A stretch of 64,000 nt of DNA. It comes from Paragordius varius. Its lineage: Eukaryota; Animalia; Nematomorpha. The notes beneath the pieces are model-generated. The model worked only from the letters and a program-made list of their open reading frames with translations. It made no database searches and was not told where the DNA came from. Where the stretch lies: positions 3,224,001 to 3,288,000 of the forward strand of contig OZ176057.1 in the NCBI GenBank assembly GCA_964247055.1. The letters run 5' to 3'. Positions within the stretch are counted from its first letter, which is position 1, and each line of letters begins with the position of its first letter. Shown piece by piece: positions 49,262 through 63,004 of this stretch. A program made the position numbers and the translations under genes.

Positions 49262-52200
49262 ATGATATTTCTTTGCGTTTGTTGGCAACTTGTGTTGATT
49301 TGTCCAATTTTCAGGTATATAATTAGTATTAAAATATTTGATTAATTTATTGGTTATAAAATTAACAAAAATGTTTCGAATATAAATTTAATTTTTCCGC
49401 AAAAAAGCATGGGATTGGCCCCGAGACAAAATTTGTCAGGTGTAACGGAACCAAACAGGCTTCTAACATCAGCCGTACGTCATGATATGAGCGAGATTGG
49501 TGCTCCAGAATCTTTTGCTGTTTCAAATGGTTAGTTAAGTTGATGATTAATTTTATTGAAAATCACATATTTTTTATATTTATATGTTGTGTGGGATAAG
49601 GTATTATATAGTTATCTTGGCTTATTTATAATTATATTTGAATTATATATATATATATATATATACTAATCATCAGGTTATGCTATGCGCTAATTAAGAT
49701 ATATATTTTGATTATAAATCTTATTTATCACTACTGATGTCTTTATATAACATTTTAAGTCAATATAAAATGGAAACTTAAATTTAAAAATCTAGTTTTG
49801 GCATTTTAGTTTTAATAAAGGAAACTATGACTAGTTGTATCTTTATTAAGAGGCATATTATTTGATGTAAGGAATGTAAAACCAGTTGATATTTTACCTA
49901 TAAAAGCCATATTTATATTATAGATGCCCTTGAATAAACATCAAACTTTAAATATAAACGGTCATCAAGTCAGGTCAAACATAGATAAATATTTGTACTT
50001 ACATTTCATAAATATAATGCTGTCAAACCAAAGTGCGACATATTTGCCCTTGAAACATTTTGTATAAAATAATATAAACATAACCTCTTTCGTACCTATT
50101 CAAGGCAAGGTCAAATTTGGATAATATTTGTACACTTCTATAATTTTTATTAATTTGATTAGAGCGATGGCGCTTCTCTAGCGGACCGTAGAATTTGACG
50201 CGGTTTAACCCGTCAGTCCCCCGATCAAACTGTAGACTTGATATTAAAATTACAATAATTCACAATACGCTTATTCATATAGGCCGATTTATTTTTTGTT
50301 GTTCATTTTGCAAGACAAGTCAACATTATAATTGACAAATAAAATATTTAATTGTAAGATTGTAATTTAATAAAAAGAATTTTGTTTAGTGCCTGTGTTT
50401 ATTTGTTTTGGTTGTTGTCTGCTATTATTTTTGTCTGTTATTTGATATTTATATTCTAAAACTGTTATTTGAATTTTATTGAAGCGTTAAGTTTCAACAG
50501 ATTAAAAGAGTTTAACGGCCAATTTAAAATGTTTAAGATATCTAAAATGGAGCGTTGGACACTCTGGAAGTTTAATCAAAGTGACAATGGTATATGCCTG
50601 TCACACTGTTTGATCGGTCGATATATTTGGTCGTATCTAAATATTATAATTCGTTTTTAAATGAACATAAAAGTGTGCTTTCTTTGTGAAGACTAAACGC
50701 TTAAATTGGTTTACTTGACGGCTAAAATCTTATTGTTAATATAACTTAAAATAAATTATATCGTAACTTTTAAATTTTTCAATTTGCCTCTTTAACTTTA
50801 AATAACAAAAATTATTATAACACCTTCTATGTCAGCATATTGAGCCATGTATAAACCGTAATTTTTTATATAACTCAGCTAGCGCATTTTACTACATAAC
50901 AATGTTTTATTTTATAGCTTTCTCAACTGTAAAATTAAAAGAAATAAATTATTATGTATATTTTGCTTTTAATAATTGTAGGGAAAATATTAACAAGCAC
51001 TCAACTTGGCGTTTATGAAATATTTCCTTTTTCCGATCCCCCTAAAAAACCGCAATTCCTATTTCGCATGGGAGAAGAGCCCTGTGGTAATTTTATAAAA
51101 TTATTCTTGTATTTAAACTGTATTATCCACCTCTATAAAAATGATTTTAAAAAATCATATCATTCAGGTTCATTAGAAAATGAGACCACTTGCGGACGTC
51201 CCTTAGGGCTTACAGTGGATAGTCAGGGTCGCTTTTTAGTTGCCGATGCTTATCTTGGTATAAGTGCTTATGATTATGAAAGAAGTATGCTATATAAAAG
51301 TTGATTATAATTTTGTTACAATTTTAAGTTTTGATTGTTCCCCGTTAATTTAGAGATCAAGACATCCATCTTAAATAAAGCCTTTATGGTAAAACGAAAA
51401 TTAATGTTTTTGAATGGTTTAACGACCGATGATAGAGGACACATCTATTTCACTTCTTCCAGTTCCAAATGGGATCGTCGTGATTATCTTAAAGCTTTGA
51501 TCGAAGGCAAATCTGATGGAAAGTTATACATTTCATTTTTTTCATTAAATAAGACATGCCAATGAGGTGGGTTTTTAGCGGATTTCTTTGCGCGAAAATG
51601 CATAAATATTATTTGAAAGACATTTTTGTATCGTCTCCTCTCTTAATAAAACTTTTTATACTTATAAACTTAGAAGTATACCTTTTACCATTTGCAAAAA
51701 AAAATTTTTTCATAATTTTATATAGAGTGTTAATGTTCCATCCCACATTCCAGCTTTATCGTGTACTTATTAATGACCTTAATATTCCTAACGGAATACT
51801 GTTAACACCGAACGGAAGGCATTTATTGATATCAGAAACGGGCGGAGCCAGGATTTTAAAGTAAAAATTCCAAATTTGATTGTTTATTACCATATTTTTG
51901 GGAATATCATTCGATCATCTATTGTATGAGAAATAAATAATATTTGTCTGAATGTCCCCATCGTATATGACTCTTTTTTGTGGAAAAATATAATTTAATT
52001 CATTTTATTTAATTAAAATTAATATCCGTTTTGTTCAATAATGTCTTGTATTTGATATTATTTTACCCGTTTAAGAAATAATTAAATTTTTATTATTATT
52101 TGGCTCATTATAAGGACTCCAAAATGCCCAACTATTCGTGGGAAGATATCTCTAATTTTAAACGATTATAACTTAAAAACCGAAAACCTATATATAAATC

Positions 52201-54142
52201 AAAAATGCCGGATCACCATGAGCAAATTTGTTTAAAGCTTGTTTATTTTAAAAATTTCGATATAACGGTTCTATTGTTATTAAACTGGCTAATGCCAGTA
52301 AATATTCAAAATACCATTTACACTCCAAATTCACCCTTAAACAATTTAAATTCACCTCGAACAATTCAAATTTTTCCTAAAATAAATTATGTTTTTCAAA
52401 ATAAAAAATTGCCCAAATATATTATTATTTTTAGAAATGTTTATTCAAAAAAATATCACTGAAAGAAAACTAAGCCATAGAGATATATTTTATAATAATT
52501 TTGAGTTACATTAACCCGAAAACACATAATTTAATTGTTCTAGGGTCAATTTGAGCTGTAAATTATATGTTGGAGCAAATAATAATTTTGCTCAAAATTA
52601 ATAGGAGGTTAAAATGAGTGAATTAAATAAATGTATATAACAAATGTTGAAATTTGCAATGTTATTGTCCCATTTTTTAATAAATAATCATGGTTAAGCG
52701 TAAAGTTGAATGAATATTTTATAGATTTTCCCATGTTTATTCTAAAGAAGGAGATAACATAAATATATATAACTAAATTTCTTAATTATATTGTTTTAGA
52801 CTTCATTATAGCGACGCGTGCGGCCCTGTTTTTTTATAATTTAATTTAGTTACATCCGTATATATGCTATGAAATTACATTAAAGAGCAGTACAATAAGC
52901 CATATCTGTATTTAAAATGGCCAAACGAGTGGGTGTTTAATTCACATGTCATTAGCTATGAATGAGATTTTTTGTATTTATTCGTAACATACTAATTAAA
53001 AAACTGTATTTTTTCTCAACTATTTCATGAATAAAAACGAATAATCCCAACTGGCTAGACATGCATTTTAAATACTATGGCCTAAATAGCGGGGGCACAC
53101 TGTATTGTTATAATAATAATATCAATATGTTATAGGTACAATCTTAGAACGAAACAATTAAAAACTTTAATCGATTTACCCCTCATACCTGACAATATAA
53201 AGTTTAGCGATAAATCTGGGGATACGTTTTGGGTAACAGGTGCAGCTAGAAGAGATTTGGGAGCTTTTTCCTTCCTTGACACTATTCAACAATGTCCCGC
53301 TTCAACTGCTGAGCTTTTAAAGGTAATAATGTATAACTGTAAAAATATAAAGAGCGATAAAAAAATTTTTTGAAAATACAACCATACTTTTTCAAAACCC
53401 CTAATTGAGTTATTTTAATACAATTCTAATAAAATACATAATTCATTGTGTTCGAAATCTACATCTCTAATTCTAACTTTGCAATTTACAACAATAAGTT
53501 TTAAATAAAAAGTACAGCGGTTTTTTTGAACTAAATATTTGTCTTTATGTTTTTACGTTTTTTCCTCAATTTTTACTTTAAAATAAAGCAAAAACTGCAC
53601 CAAAACTTATCTCTTTTTAAAAAAAGTATTATTAATTAAAGGTATCATGTATAAGAATTATTTTGGAATCGAATAGAATAGAGTATTTTATAATAATATA
53701 ATTACTATAATTTATTTAAAGGATTTCGAAAAATGATAGTTATTTATTTTTATAAACCGTATATTAATAATTCAAAGGTGCTTTAATATTGGACTACCCT
53801 AGCGCTCCGAAAAATGGCTGAATCTAAAAATATATAAAATAATTATAAAGGCCGCGCACATTACTTAAAAACCCCAACTTAAAAATATTAAACAAAGTTT
53901 TATTTAAGGGAATTATGTATAAATAATTATTTGCATAGTTACCTCAAGGTGTTTTACTACCACCCTATGGTCTTATTCTTGAAATCAATTCTACGAATGG
54001 ACAAATCATACGATCAATGCACGATCCGGAAGCCAAAAAAGTGTTTGCCATCAGCGAAGCTTACCAATGGAATAACACACTTTTCCTTGGCTCTTATCAT
54101 AATCATTTTTATGCCACGTTAAATTTATCAACAAATTCATAA
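49262..54142 (+). CDS. APMAP: APMAP/hemomucin-like strictosidine-synthase-family beta-propeller protein, 8 exons
   Basis: Exons 49262-49314, 49408-49529, 50982-51086, 51168-51284, 51354-51522, 51726-51860, 53136-53322, 53939-54142, all phase-consistent. Motifs GAPESFA, CGRPLGL, VADAYLG, FLNGL..D..G.IYFT.SSSKW, IPNGI.L, LPLIPDNI..FWV and SMHDP..ISEA..LFLGSY. The symbol means family-level homology; orthology is untested. Confidence 0.88.
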
Positions 54143-57100
54143 TTATTATGTCTTTTCATAAAACACTTTAGCATATATTAGTAAGTATAAGTTGCTTGTT
54201 TTTCATTAATTTTTGCTGATAGCATTTATTTAGCAAGAGAAAAATTATCGGCTAAAATATTTCTACTATTATTAGCCAATAATAAAGCTCCTGGCTATAT
54301 ATATATACTCTCTGGCAATATTTAATGATAAACTTGTAATGTAGTATTCTTACCAATACTAAATTAATTAAATAAATATTTTATGTGCTATGTATTTATA
54401 TTCAATATGCCTTATTTTTAATAGCTTACAAGTGTTATTGTGAAATTAGTAGGGACTGAAACTTGGCGTTTATAGCCGTTAACTTAAGATCAAAGTTAGT
54501 CATTTATATTAAACCATAAACCCATTATATTTGGAACGAGTTTTAAATAACAATGAATTAGATTTGTCGTATTCTGTTGTGGGAATCGAAGGCAAAAAAC
54601 AAAGTAATCTAATTGGAGAGTCGACGGTCATAAAAAATTATATTGTTTAAAATATAAATATTGGAATTTCTAATGGTACTTTTGATTTGATCCTCACGAT
54701 TCAGGGAAAATACTACCACTATTTTGGTTAAAATACATACGAAATTTCGAAATATTAGCGCATATGTTAAATGTTTTTTTGGCAAGTAAAGGCTTCACAC
54801 CTAATCATTCTATCAATATATAATTAATAAAAGCAAATAATATGTTATTTAATATTTTTTATAACACTTAAAGGCTCTAATTTTTGGCCTATTTTTTTTT
54901 ATAAAAAAGATTTGATTTTTTTTTATATGATATATTATAGCACCATTTCAAAAGGATAATTTTATTATTAAATAAAAATTTGGTTAAATCATGTTTTATA
55001 ATATTTTTAGGCATGTTGGAAACGGTATAAAATCATACTTTCAATAATTTGCACTGCTTTTATTTTTTGTAATGAATAATATGTGATTTTTGTATTCTAT
55101 AAACCAATAATAAATTGTAACTTAAATATGAAATTTATCTTTAGGGCTATCATTTTAAACTAATTAACTATGAGAACCTTTTTCTGCTATATGTCATTTT
55201 AAATAGACCATATGTTATTTAACTGTATCTATTCACCGAGTGTTGAGGTGTCTTCCTCTCCTCCTAGCCTTAGCGCTATAATTATCCATTTTCAATATGG
55301 GTAGGACCATTGTGCTCAAACCGCGGCGCTAAAACTCTTATGGCCCTGTATTATTTATGAAATTTTTGGCCTACATATTTGCAGTATAAATATCTGCAAA
55401 ATTGCACCAAATAGCTTTGAAATAATTATCGATATTGTGGCCGTTGGGACAAAAAAATATTTTTTTATCCCTTCAAAATTTTTGTGTGATTACCACCCCA
55501 AGTCTATTAAACATCTTTTTTGTGTTATTGATTTTTGATGCCTACATCCATTTTTTCCATCATTTCTCTGTTACATCATCCAAACTTGATACCTTTTTAG
55601 ATGAAGAATACAAGTTAAGTGTTCAATTTTAATATAATAGAAAATTGGCTATAATATTAGAATCAAATATAATATTTATATGTTAAACAATAAAATATGA
55701 CAGTTATCGCTACGATTCAAATTGGGGAACTAAATACCCTAGACTAAATTTATGTTAAATTTTTTAAAAAAAATCAAATTTATGCGTTTACCCTAATAAA
55801 ATTATAGAAATATGCCAAAATATCTTAATAAAATGTTTTGGAAAAAAAAGTTTCATGTCAAACTACTTCGACGCCATTTTTATTTTAAAATATATGCAAA
55901 ATATTGTTTTTATTTACTTTTAAGGGTAAAATATAAGATAATTTTTAATTTAAATTACATCTAACATTGATAGAAATAGAAATAGCGGTTTCAATTTTAC
56001 CATTGCTAACATGTCACGTTCTTTAAAATTTTACCTCTCAGTTTAGCTTAAAATAAGTAATATTAATTATTTTTGAATAAAACTTTTTATATATTTCGGT
56101 TTATGAATGTTATATAAGTGCAAATTTGCCATGGTTTCGAATTCTTCCATATTTTTTAAAGAAATTAATTTTAAACAGGCCTGGGGTATCTAACTACCCC
56201 AATTTGGATCGAAGGACTTAAATGTATGTGTTGTATCCAAGTGTTATCTATACTTTACATATGAGCCGATTTAGACAGCTGATTTAAAAATTAATTCTTA
56301 AAAATTGCTGTTAATATAATTAATTATCATTTAATTTTTATACCAAAATATTTTTAATGCCAGAATTTTTAGTTATATGATTTAATAAAACCAAAAAAAT
56401 GGCCGGCCAAAAGGTTGTGATAAGTATATTAGATGTGGGCTCCCAAATTTCTAAATTGTTTTGTTCTTCTATAATGGGATAGTTTTTCTTAAAATAATTG
56501 CAAAGATGCTGGCAAGCGAGAGATGTTAAATATATGCTAAATTTTGATATCAAAAAATTTTCACAATGCATATTTAATCCAAAATTTAATTTTTAGCAAA
56601 TTTTGTTGAGCGTACTTCATACTCTTCTGAAGCTTGATAAAAACGGTAGTCTTGAGATATATATTTCGATGATGCTGAACATTTCTATCAGCTCAGAATT
56701 ATGATCTAAATGTTCATTATTCGAATTTGTATTGAATAAACACATTGAGTATAAGGATTCAACAAATTTTTAAGCAATATCTTTAAATTAAAATTCTAAA
56801 GCAATAGTATTTTTAATATCTTGAAGCGTTTTTATACATCTTCTATTATGCCAAAATATAGTAGGAAACGCGTCAACAAATTTTACTAAAATTTTCATTT
56901 TTTTTACCAAAATTCCAATACTAATTTTAGTTTATATCTTTAACATATATTTAACATTTTTGGCACGAAATAGGTCATTTTCGCATTTATTTTAAGAGAA
57001 CTAGCCCAAAGAGGAGGAAAAAAATTTGTGAGTTTCAGAGCCCACATCCTAAATTTTATTTTTTTTAAAAATTCATGTATTGCATGTAGTTTATGTTATA

Positions 57101-58666
57101 TTTTTGATTTTTAAATCGAAGCCTATATTTCACCAAAAAATTTTATTAAAGAAAATGTGCGCCTGGCCATTTCTGATATGGACTTACCACAAAAGCGTAA
57201 TATCTCTCCCTAAATTACTTCTAAGACCCAAAACCAAAAGCACTATTTTAACCCTGATACATTGTCCTATCAGAATATAGATTTCATCAGCCTATTTTTG
57301 GGGATTCTTCCTTATTGGACCAACATCACACATATTTGATTATATAAAATCAAAAAGTCCTGGGAAAATTTGTTCCAAATGGTAATTAAGTGTTAATTTC
57401 CCCATCCTGGATTTACAGCGCCCATGCTTGGGTATCATACTTGCACAAAAACACTGTAAATATATCCTTAACCTTCAAATTTAAAATAATATAAAATCCC
57501 TAGAAAATATATTGATGAATACATCCGGATTCTCGTTTTATAAACATTGGTCAATTCACATTTTTTCAGCCAATTGGCAGTTTATGGGAAAAATAATCAA
57601 ATAACATACAACTTAGAACATAAAATTTTATGGATATCACACGCCAATATTAACAATTGGCTAACAATAATGTTTGACCAAAGATAAGGTGCATACTGTA
57701 TATAGACTTATAATTATTTAAAACTAAAAATATTAGATTCAGGTCTGAACAGATATTTTAAACCGAGTATTTGTCATACATATAGAGAGAATATTTCCCG
57801 TTCGTAGTCCTCAAATTAAAGATCATGAAAACTTTGAGTGATTTCAACAAACAAATTAAAATTTCATTTAACAAAATTATAATTAGCTTTTCTTTGAGGC
57901 GGTATTGCTCCCCCAGATGGATTTTATTTTAGTCTTTTTGACGCATGATATAATTTTATAAATGTAAAATTACGAATCCTCACCATTTTGATTGCAATTT
58001 TTATAGCCAATACAAAAGACAAATAATATAATGGCTAATATTGATTATTAAAAGCTTTAAAATTACATATTAGCAGAGTTAATATACATCGATTTCAATA
58101 TTTTATTGACTCATCAGATTATCCCAATTTTGTGATTTAGTAAGTGGCAAAAGGCAATTAAGCTTTAATACAAGATTGATAATTAGTAACAACACAACGT
58201 TTATGTTTAACTAGTGGGGCGCAAACTACTCCAAATTACATTAAAAAAAGATAATGATTTTTAATTTATAAAGCGCATTCTCGGTTTGTTAATATATTTT
58301 ATTAGTTAAATGATTATTAAAAAATTATTTAAAATAAATATTAACAATATACCTCAATATAAGAGGCTTTAATCATTTTTGATTTTTGGACATAAATATT
58401 AAGTTAATATTTTTTGCCTTTATCAGGCTATAAAGATATTTTTGGATAGAGTATTAGCATTGGCCAAAAACGTTATAAGCATAACGCGTGATATGGCGGA
58501 TTTTTAATATAAACAAGTATTAAAAAATTTATCACTCATATACACCAAATAGCAAATGTATTTTCCATCTCATATATTTTTATATACACTTAAGATATTT
58601 AATTACACTCGATTATTTACACAGTGTAGATTCAATCAGGTTATTTTTTATATTACATTAAACAAT

Positions 58667-61600
58667 ATGACTACTGACTCGAATAAAGTATTATCTGTTT
58701 AACAAAAATTAGATAACGCTCAGAATAAGAAATCCAAATGGAACTCAACGCATTCAAATTGGAAGTCATGAAAATGCATCCCAATTATTGTCACAAGTAA
58801 TGTAGTTTTAAAAAAAATTATTAGATAAAATCGATATTGGATTTACAGGATTTAAATTATCGGCAAGTTTTTTTGGATCAAAAATTGACCAATGATTTAT
58901 CGAAAGCTAGTCACAGTAAAAAAACTCTAAAGGATATGGGAATCAAGTTTTTTTTGTATTTATATTGTAAGAAACGGTGATATGTTATATATTAAAAGCT
59001 CATCCGATTATAGCCGAAAATCTTCATTAAATACAGAGGATGGATTTGTTATGCCAACACTTCCTAATACAAATACGGGTAATATAGAAAAATTTGTTTA
59101 ATTTTTATACATCAATGAAGCCCCCTTCCCTTTTCCCCCTTATTATAAGTTTTTTAGATTTTGCAGCACCTATAAACTATTGGGTTTTATTTGTTTTAAT
59201 ACTAGTTGTATAATTTAAAGCCACCATATTTAATCCAAATAAAAATTCAATTTATTTAGTTTTATAATTTATTTTTGGCACAAAATATTCTCTACTAATA
59301 TAATATTAAAAAAACTGTATAAAATATCACCCTAACTTACTTTTTTATTTTATTTCCAACAGACTTTTTTGACTCACTGCCTCCTATCGGAATTATGTGT
59401 TTCGTATCCATATAATATAATTTATTGAAATATTTATAAATTAAAAAAACATTTTAACACTTGGATATAACACATTCATTACGATCTTTCGATTCAAATT
59501 GTCGTTGGTGACACTAGGCTTGTTTCAAAATCAAATATTTTAAAATAGAATCAATTTAAACCTGTAAAAGGTTACCTATCTACATAATATTGATATACAA
59601 TATAAAAAAAGATTCATTTAGAAAATTTGATATTATTTATTTTATGGATAAATCCAAGGATATGTAAAAATAATTAAAAATAAACGTTTTTGACTATTTT
59701 AATGTTAGATGTGATTTGAATAAAAGGATTGAATTTAACCGATTAAACATGATATTTTGCCAAAATGTTGTAAAATTAAAATAGCTTCATAATAGTTTAC
59801 GGTACTATTTTTCAAAACTAATTTTATTTATATATTTAATTTATATAATTTTTATCAGGATAGAAGCATTAATGTAAGTTAGAACCGTTTCTATCAGTAA
59901 TTTTTTAATTATATCAATTTAAATAGGGTCGTACGTCACCAGTTACCCCAATTTGAATCGATACGTTAAAATAATAATATTTAAATATTTACACGTTAAA
60001 AAATTGGAATACAAATAATATTAACCTCAATCATTAAATTTTGACTTTGTAATTATAAATCAAATATAAATAAAGTGTTAATTCAAAAACAAAACTTTAT
60101 TTTTTGTTATGTAAGAAAAAGGCTTTAACGGGTCGTCAACCCCAAAATTAATGACCAATAATGAACAACCTCCTATGGTTGAAGATTTCATTGATCAAGA
60201 ATTGGAAAAAATGGATGGACGTATTATACGGACTTTGGATCCTACTTAGTTTTCTTTAAAATATTTTTTTTTTATTGAATTAATTTATATTTAAAATAAA
60301 AACGTTTGTTTGTAATAAGTAATTTTATTGTATTTTATGTCAATTGTTTTGTTTTTATAGTTAATACCATTTACACTTCAAATTCACTTTTAAACATTCA
60401 TTTCAAATTTCAACCTAAAATAAATTCTGTGTTTTTTTTAAGATTAAATTTTAACTCTATTTTTTTAAATTTTTAAAAAATGAAATTTTGTTTAAAATTA
60501 TAATAATACAGATAAAATTATAAACTAAGTCATAAAAATATATTTAATAAACATTTTTTTTGCATTTATTACAATTTATACATTTTTTTAATTAAATATT
60601 AAAATTTTGATTTCTTCAAAATTATCTTTATACAATGTATAATTAGCAGCTATTGGTCTCATTTAAATTTGATGATATAAATTTTTTTTGCATTTCTAAT
60701 TGTATGTTTTTACAAATCAATAAATACACTTGTTTTAATTCAAGAAAAATCTTTTTAAACATATTTTTGGTGTGAAAATTAAATTTTTTTCTTATAAATT
60801 ATTTTTTAATTTATATTTTGTATAGCTGCCATCATCCCAAGAATAACAAATGTATTCATTGTGTGCCGTTGGAGGTTTTTATTACCATTAGTCATCTAAA
60901 TTAATTAAAATATGTTAACTAAATATAGTAAAAATATAAAGTTTTGCGGACAAAAACGTAAAAATTTAATTACAATTAAGTTTTTTTTTTCAAAGACAAT
61001 CAAACTTTCTTTTATCTGGATTTTTTTAAAAAAAATATGGAATTGTGAGATGTATGTAAATTGGTAATGCACTGAATTATATAATACTAAAATTGTAATT
61101 TTATAGATTTTTATGAAAAAAATTAGGTAAAATTAGAGGTAAGTGTGTTAAAAAAATTATTGTTCCTATTTATAATTATAAAAAACTAAAAAAATTAAGA
61201 AGCTAAAGTTTTTTTTATCCAACATTAGGTTTTTTTCTTGACTTTTTGATTCGAATGAATGATATATTTGACATGTATCTCAAGCTGACATCTTTATACC
61301 CTATATTATAATTTAAAACTATTTATTATACTACTTGAGTAAATAGCGGTGCATAAAAAATTAGTCCTTTACATATTGTTTTAATAATTTCAGCATATAT
61401 ATTGTTAACTTTATCATATCTTAAGCCGCAATTCATGATGGTTAATAATATCTGATATCCATTTAAGCTTTTAAATGAGGATAGTAGAATTTTTTATACC
61501 TATATATACCATTTACAAATCGAATTCACTCTTAAACAATTCATATCACCATTGAACAAGTCAAATTCACCCTTAAACAATTTTAATTTACCCTAAAAGT

Positions 61601-62023
61601 TTATTATGTGTTTTCGGGCTAATATAAATCTTCATTAATATGAAATATATTTTAATGGCATAGTTCGTTATTATTTAAATATTATTTTAATTTTGCACAA
61701 AATTTCATTTTTTATAAATAATCTTAAAAAACACTTAATTTATTTTAGGGTGTATTCGATTGTTCGAGGGTGAACTTGAATTTTTCGAGGGTGAATTTGA
61801 ATTGTTTAAAGGTGAATTTGAACTGCAAATGGTACTTATTTTTAATTTCGTTTTTGAATTTAAGAACATTTACTTTTTAAACTGTGATTTATTTTTTATC
61901 CATTATCCTAGTTTTGTAATTATATTCTCATTATTTAATAACTAATGATGGATCATTTTTTAAAAAAAATAATTTGATATGAATTAAATTAATTTATTAG
62001 TCCTTTTTTCGGGTGCAAAATAA

Positions 62024-62055
<32 letters not shown>

Positions 62056-62952
62056 TTATAATATCTTTCCAAATCTAAATAAAACCGCTATAAATATATA
62101 CAATTATATATCATTGACAATTCCAATTTGATCAATTTAAATTCACCCAAAATTAAATTATATGTTTTTGGGCTAACTCATTATTAATATGAAATATATC
62201 TTTATGACATTGTTTATAGTTTTTTTCAGTATTATTTAAGTTACTAACAAAATTTAATTTTTTAAAAATATAAAAAAATATAGTTAATATTTAATCTTAA
62301 AAACAAATTTATTTTAGGGTGAATTTAAATTGTTGGGAATTGTTTAAGGGTGAATTTGAAGTGTTTATATATAAAAAATTTTTAATGAATTATTATATTT
62401 TAACATTTTTATGATCATATATTTAGCCATATGATGAGGGATATTTGAAACAAAATGACATTAAATACCTGTCTTTTCACAGTTGGTTACGTAAATTGGC
62501 TCATAACAATGATAAGTACGCTTTTTTATGCTTTTTTAACGTTATTTATATATTGATTTTCAAATAAACTTTTTATAGATATTTATATTGTTCATGTTAT
62601 GTATAATTTATAATATTTTTGTTTTTAATTACTTTTGCAAAATTTTTCTGTATAAATTAAATATATGGGTTTGTAATGTGTTTTTGCAGATGATTATTAG
62701 TGTAACATTTCATAAAATTTATGATGGAAAAAAATTAATTGGATATAAAAATTTAACCCTGATAATAATCAAGGAACATTCAATATTTTTCATTTCCCCG
62801 AATGCTGTATGTATATTAGAAAAAATTTGGTATTGGAACCGTTGAAATGCAAACTAAATTCGAATGGGGGACTTTTATGCAAAAATCATGCACCTTACCC
62901 CCAAGGAATTTGCTCAAATTGTCAACCATCTGCTATTACACTTACTGGACAA
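58667..62952 (+). CDS. NPLOC4: Nuclear protein localization protein 4 (Npl4), 5' part; the gene presumably continues beyond the window
   Basis: Exons 58667-58687, 58713-58796, 58825-58946, 58972-59078, 60116-60248, 60826-60874, 62427-62515, 62820-62952, all phase-consistent. UBL ITLRIRNPNGTQRI...GIKNGDMLYI, VEDFIDQELEKMDGRI, CHH...KCIHCVPLEPYDEGYL, YLSFHSWLRKL, HAPYPQGICSNCQPSAITL. Confidence 0.93.
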
Positions 62953-63004
62953 GTATTCTTATTTTATTATATCCCCCCAAGACAAATAAAGCGTTTCTAT
63001 TAAC

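Noticed and set aside
15037-62365. Regularly spaced 21-22 bp repeats as a CRISPR-like array
   Set aside because: There are no unique spacers or cas genes, the context is eukaryotic, and the repeats are subterminal parts of MITEs.
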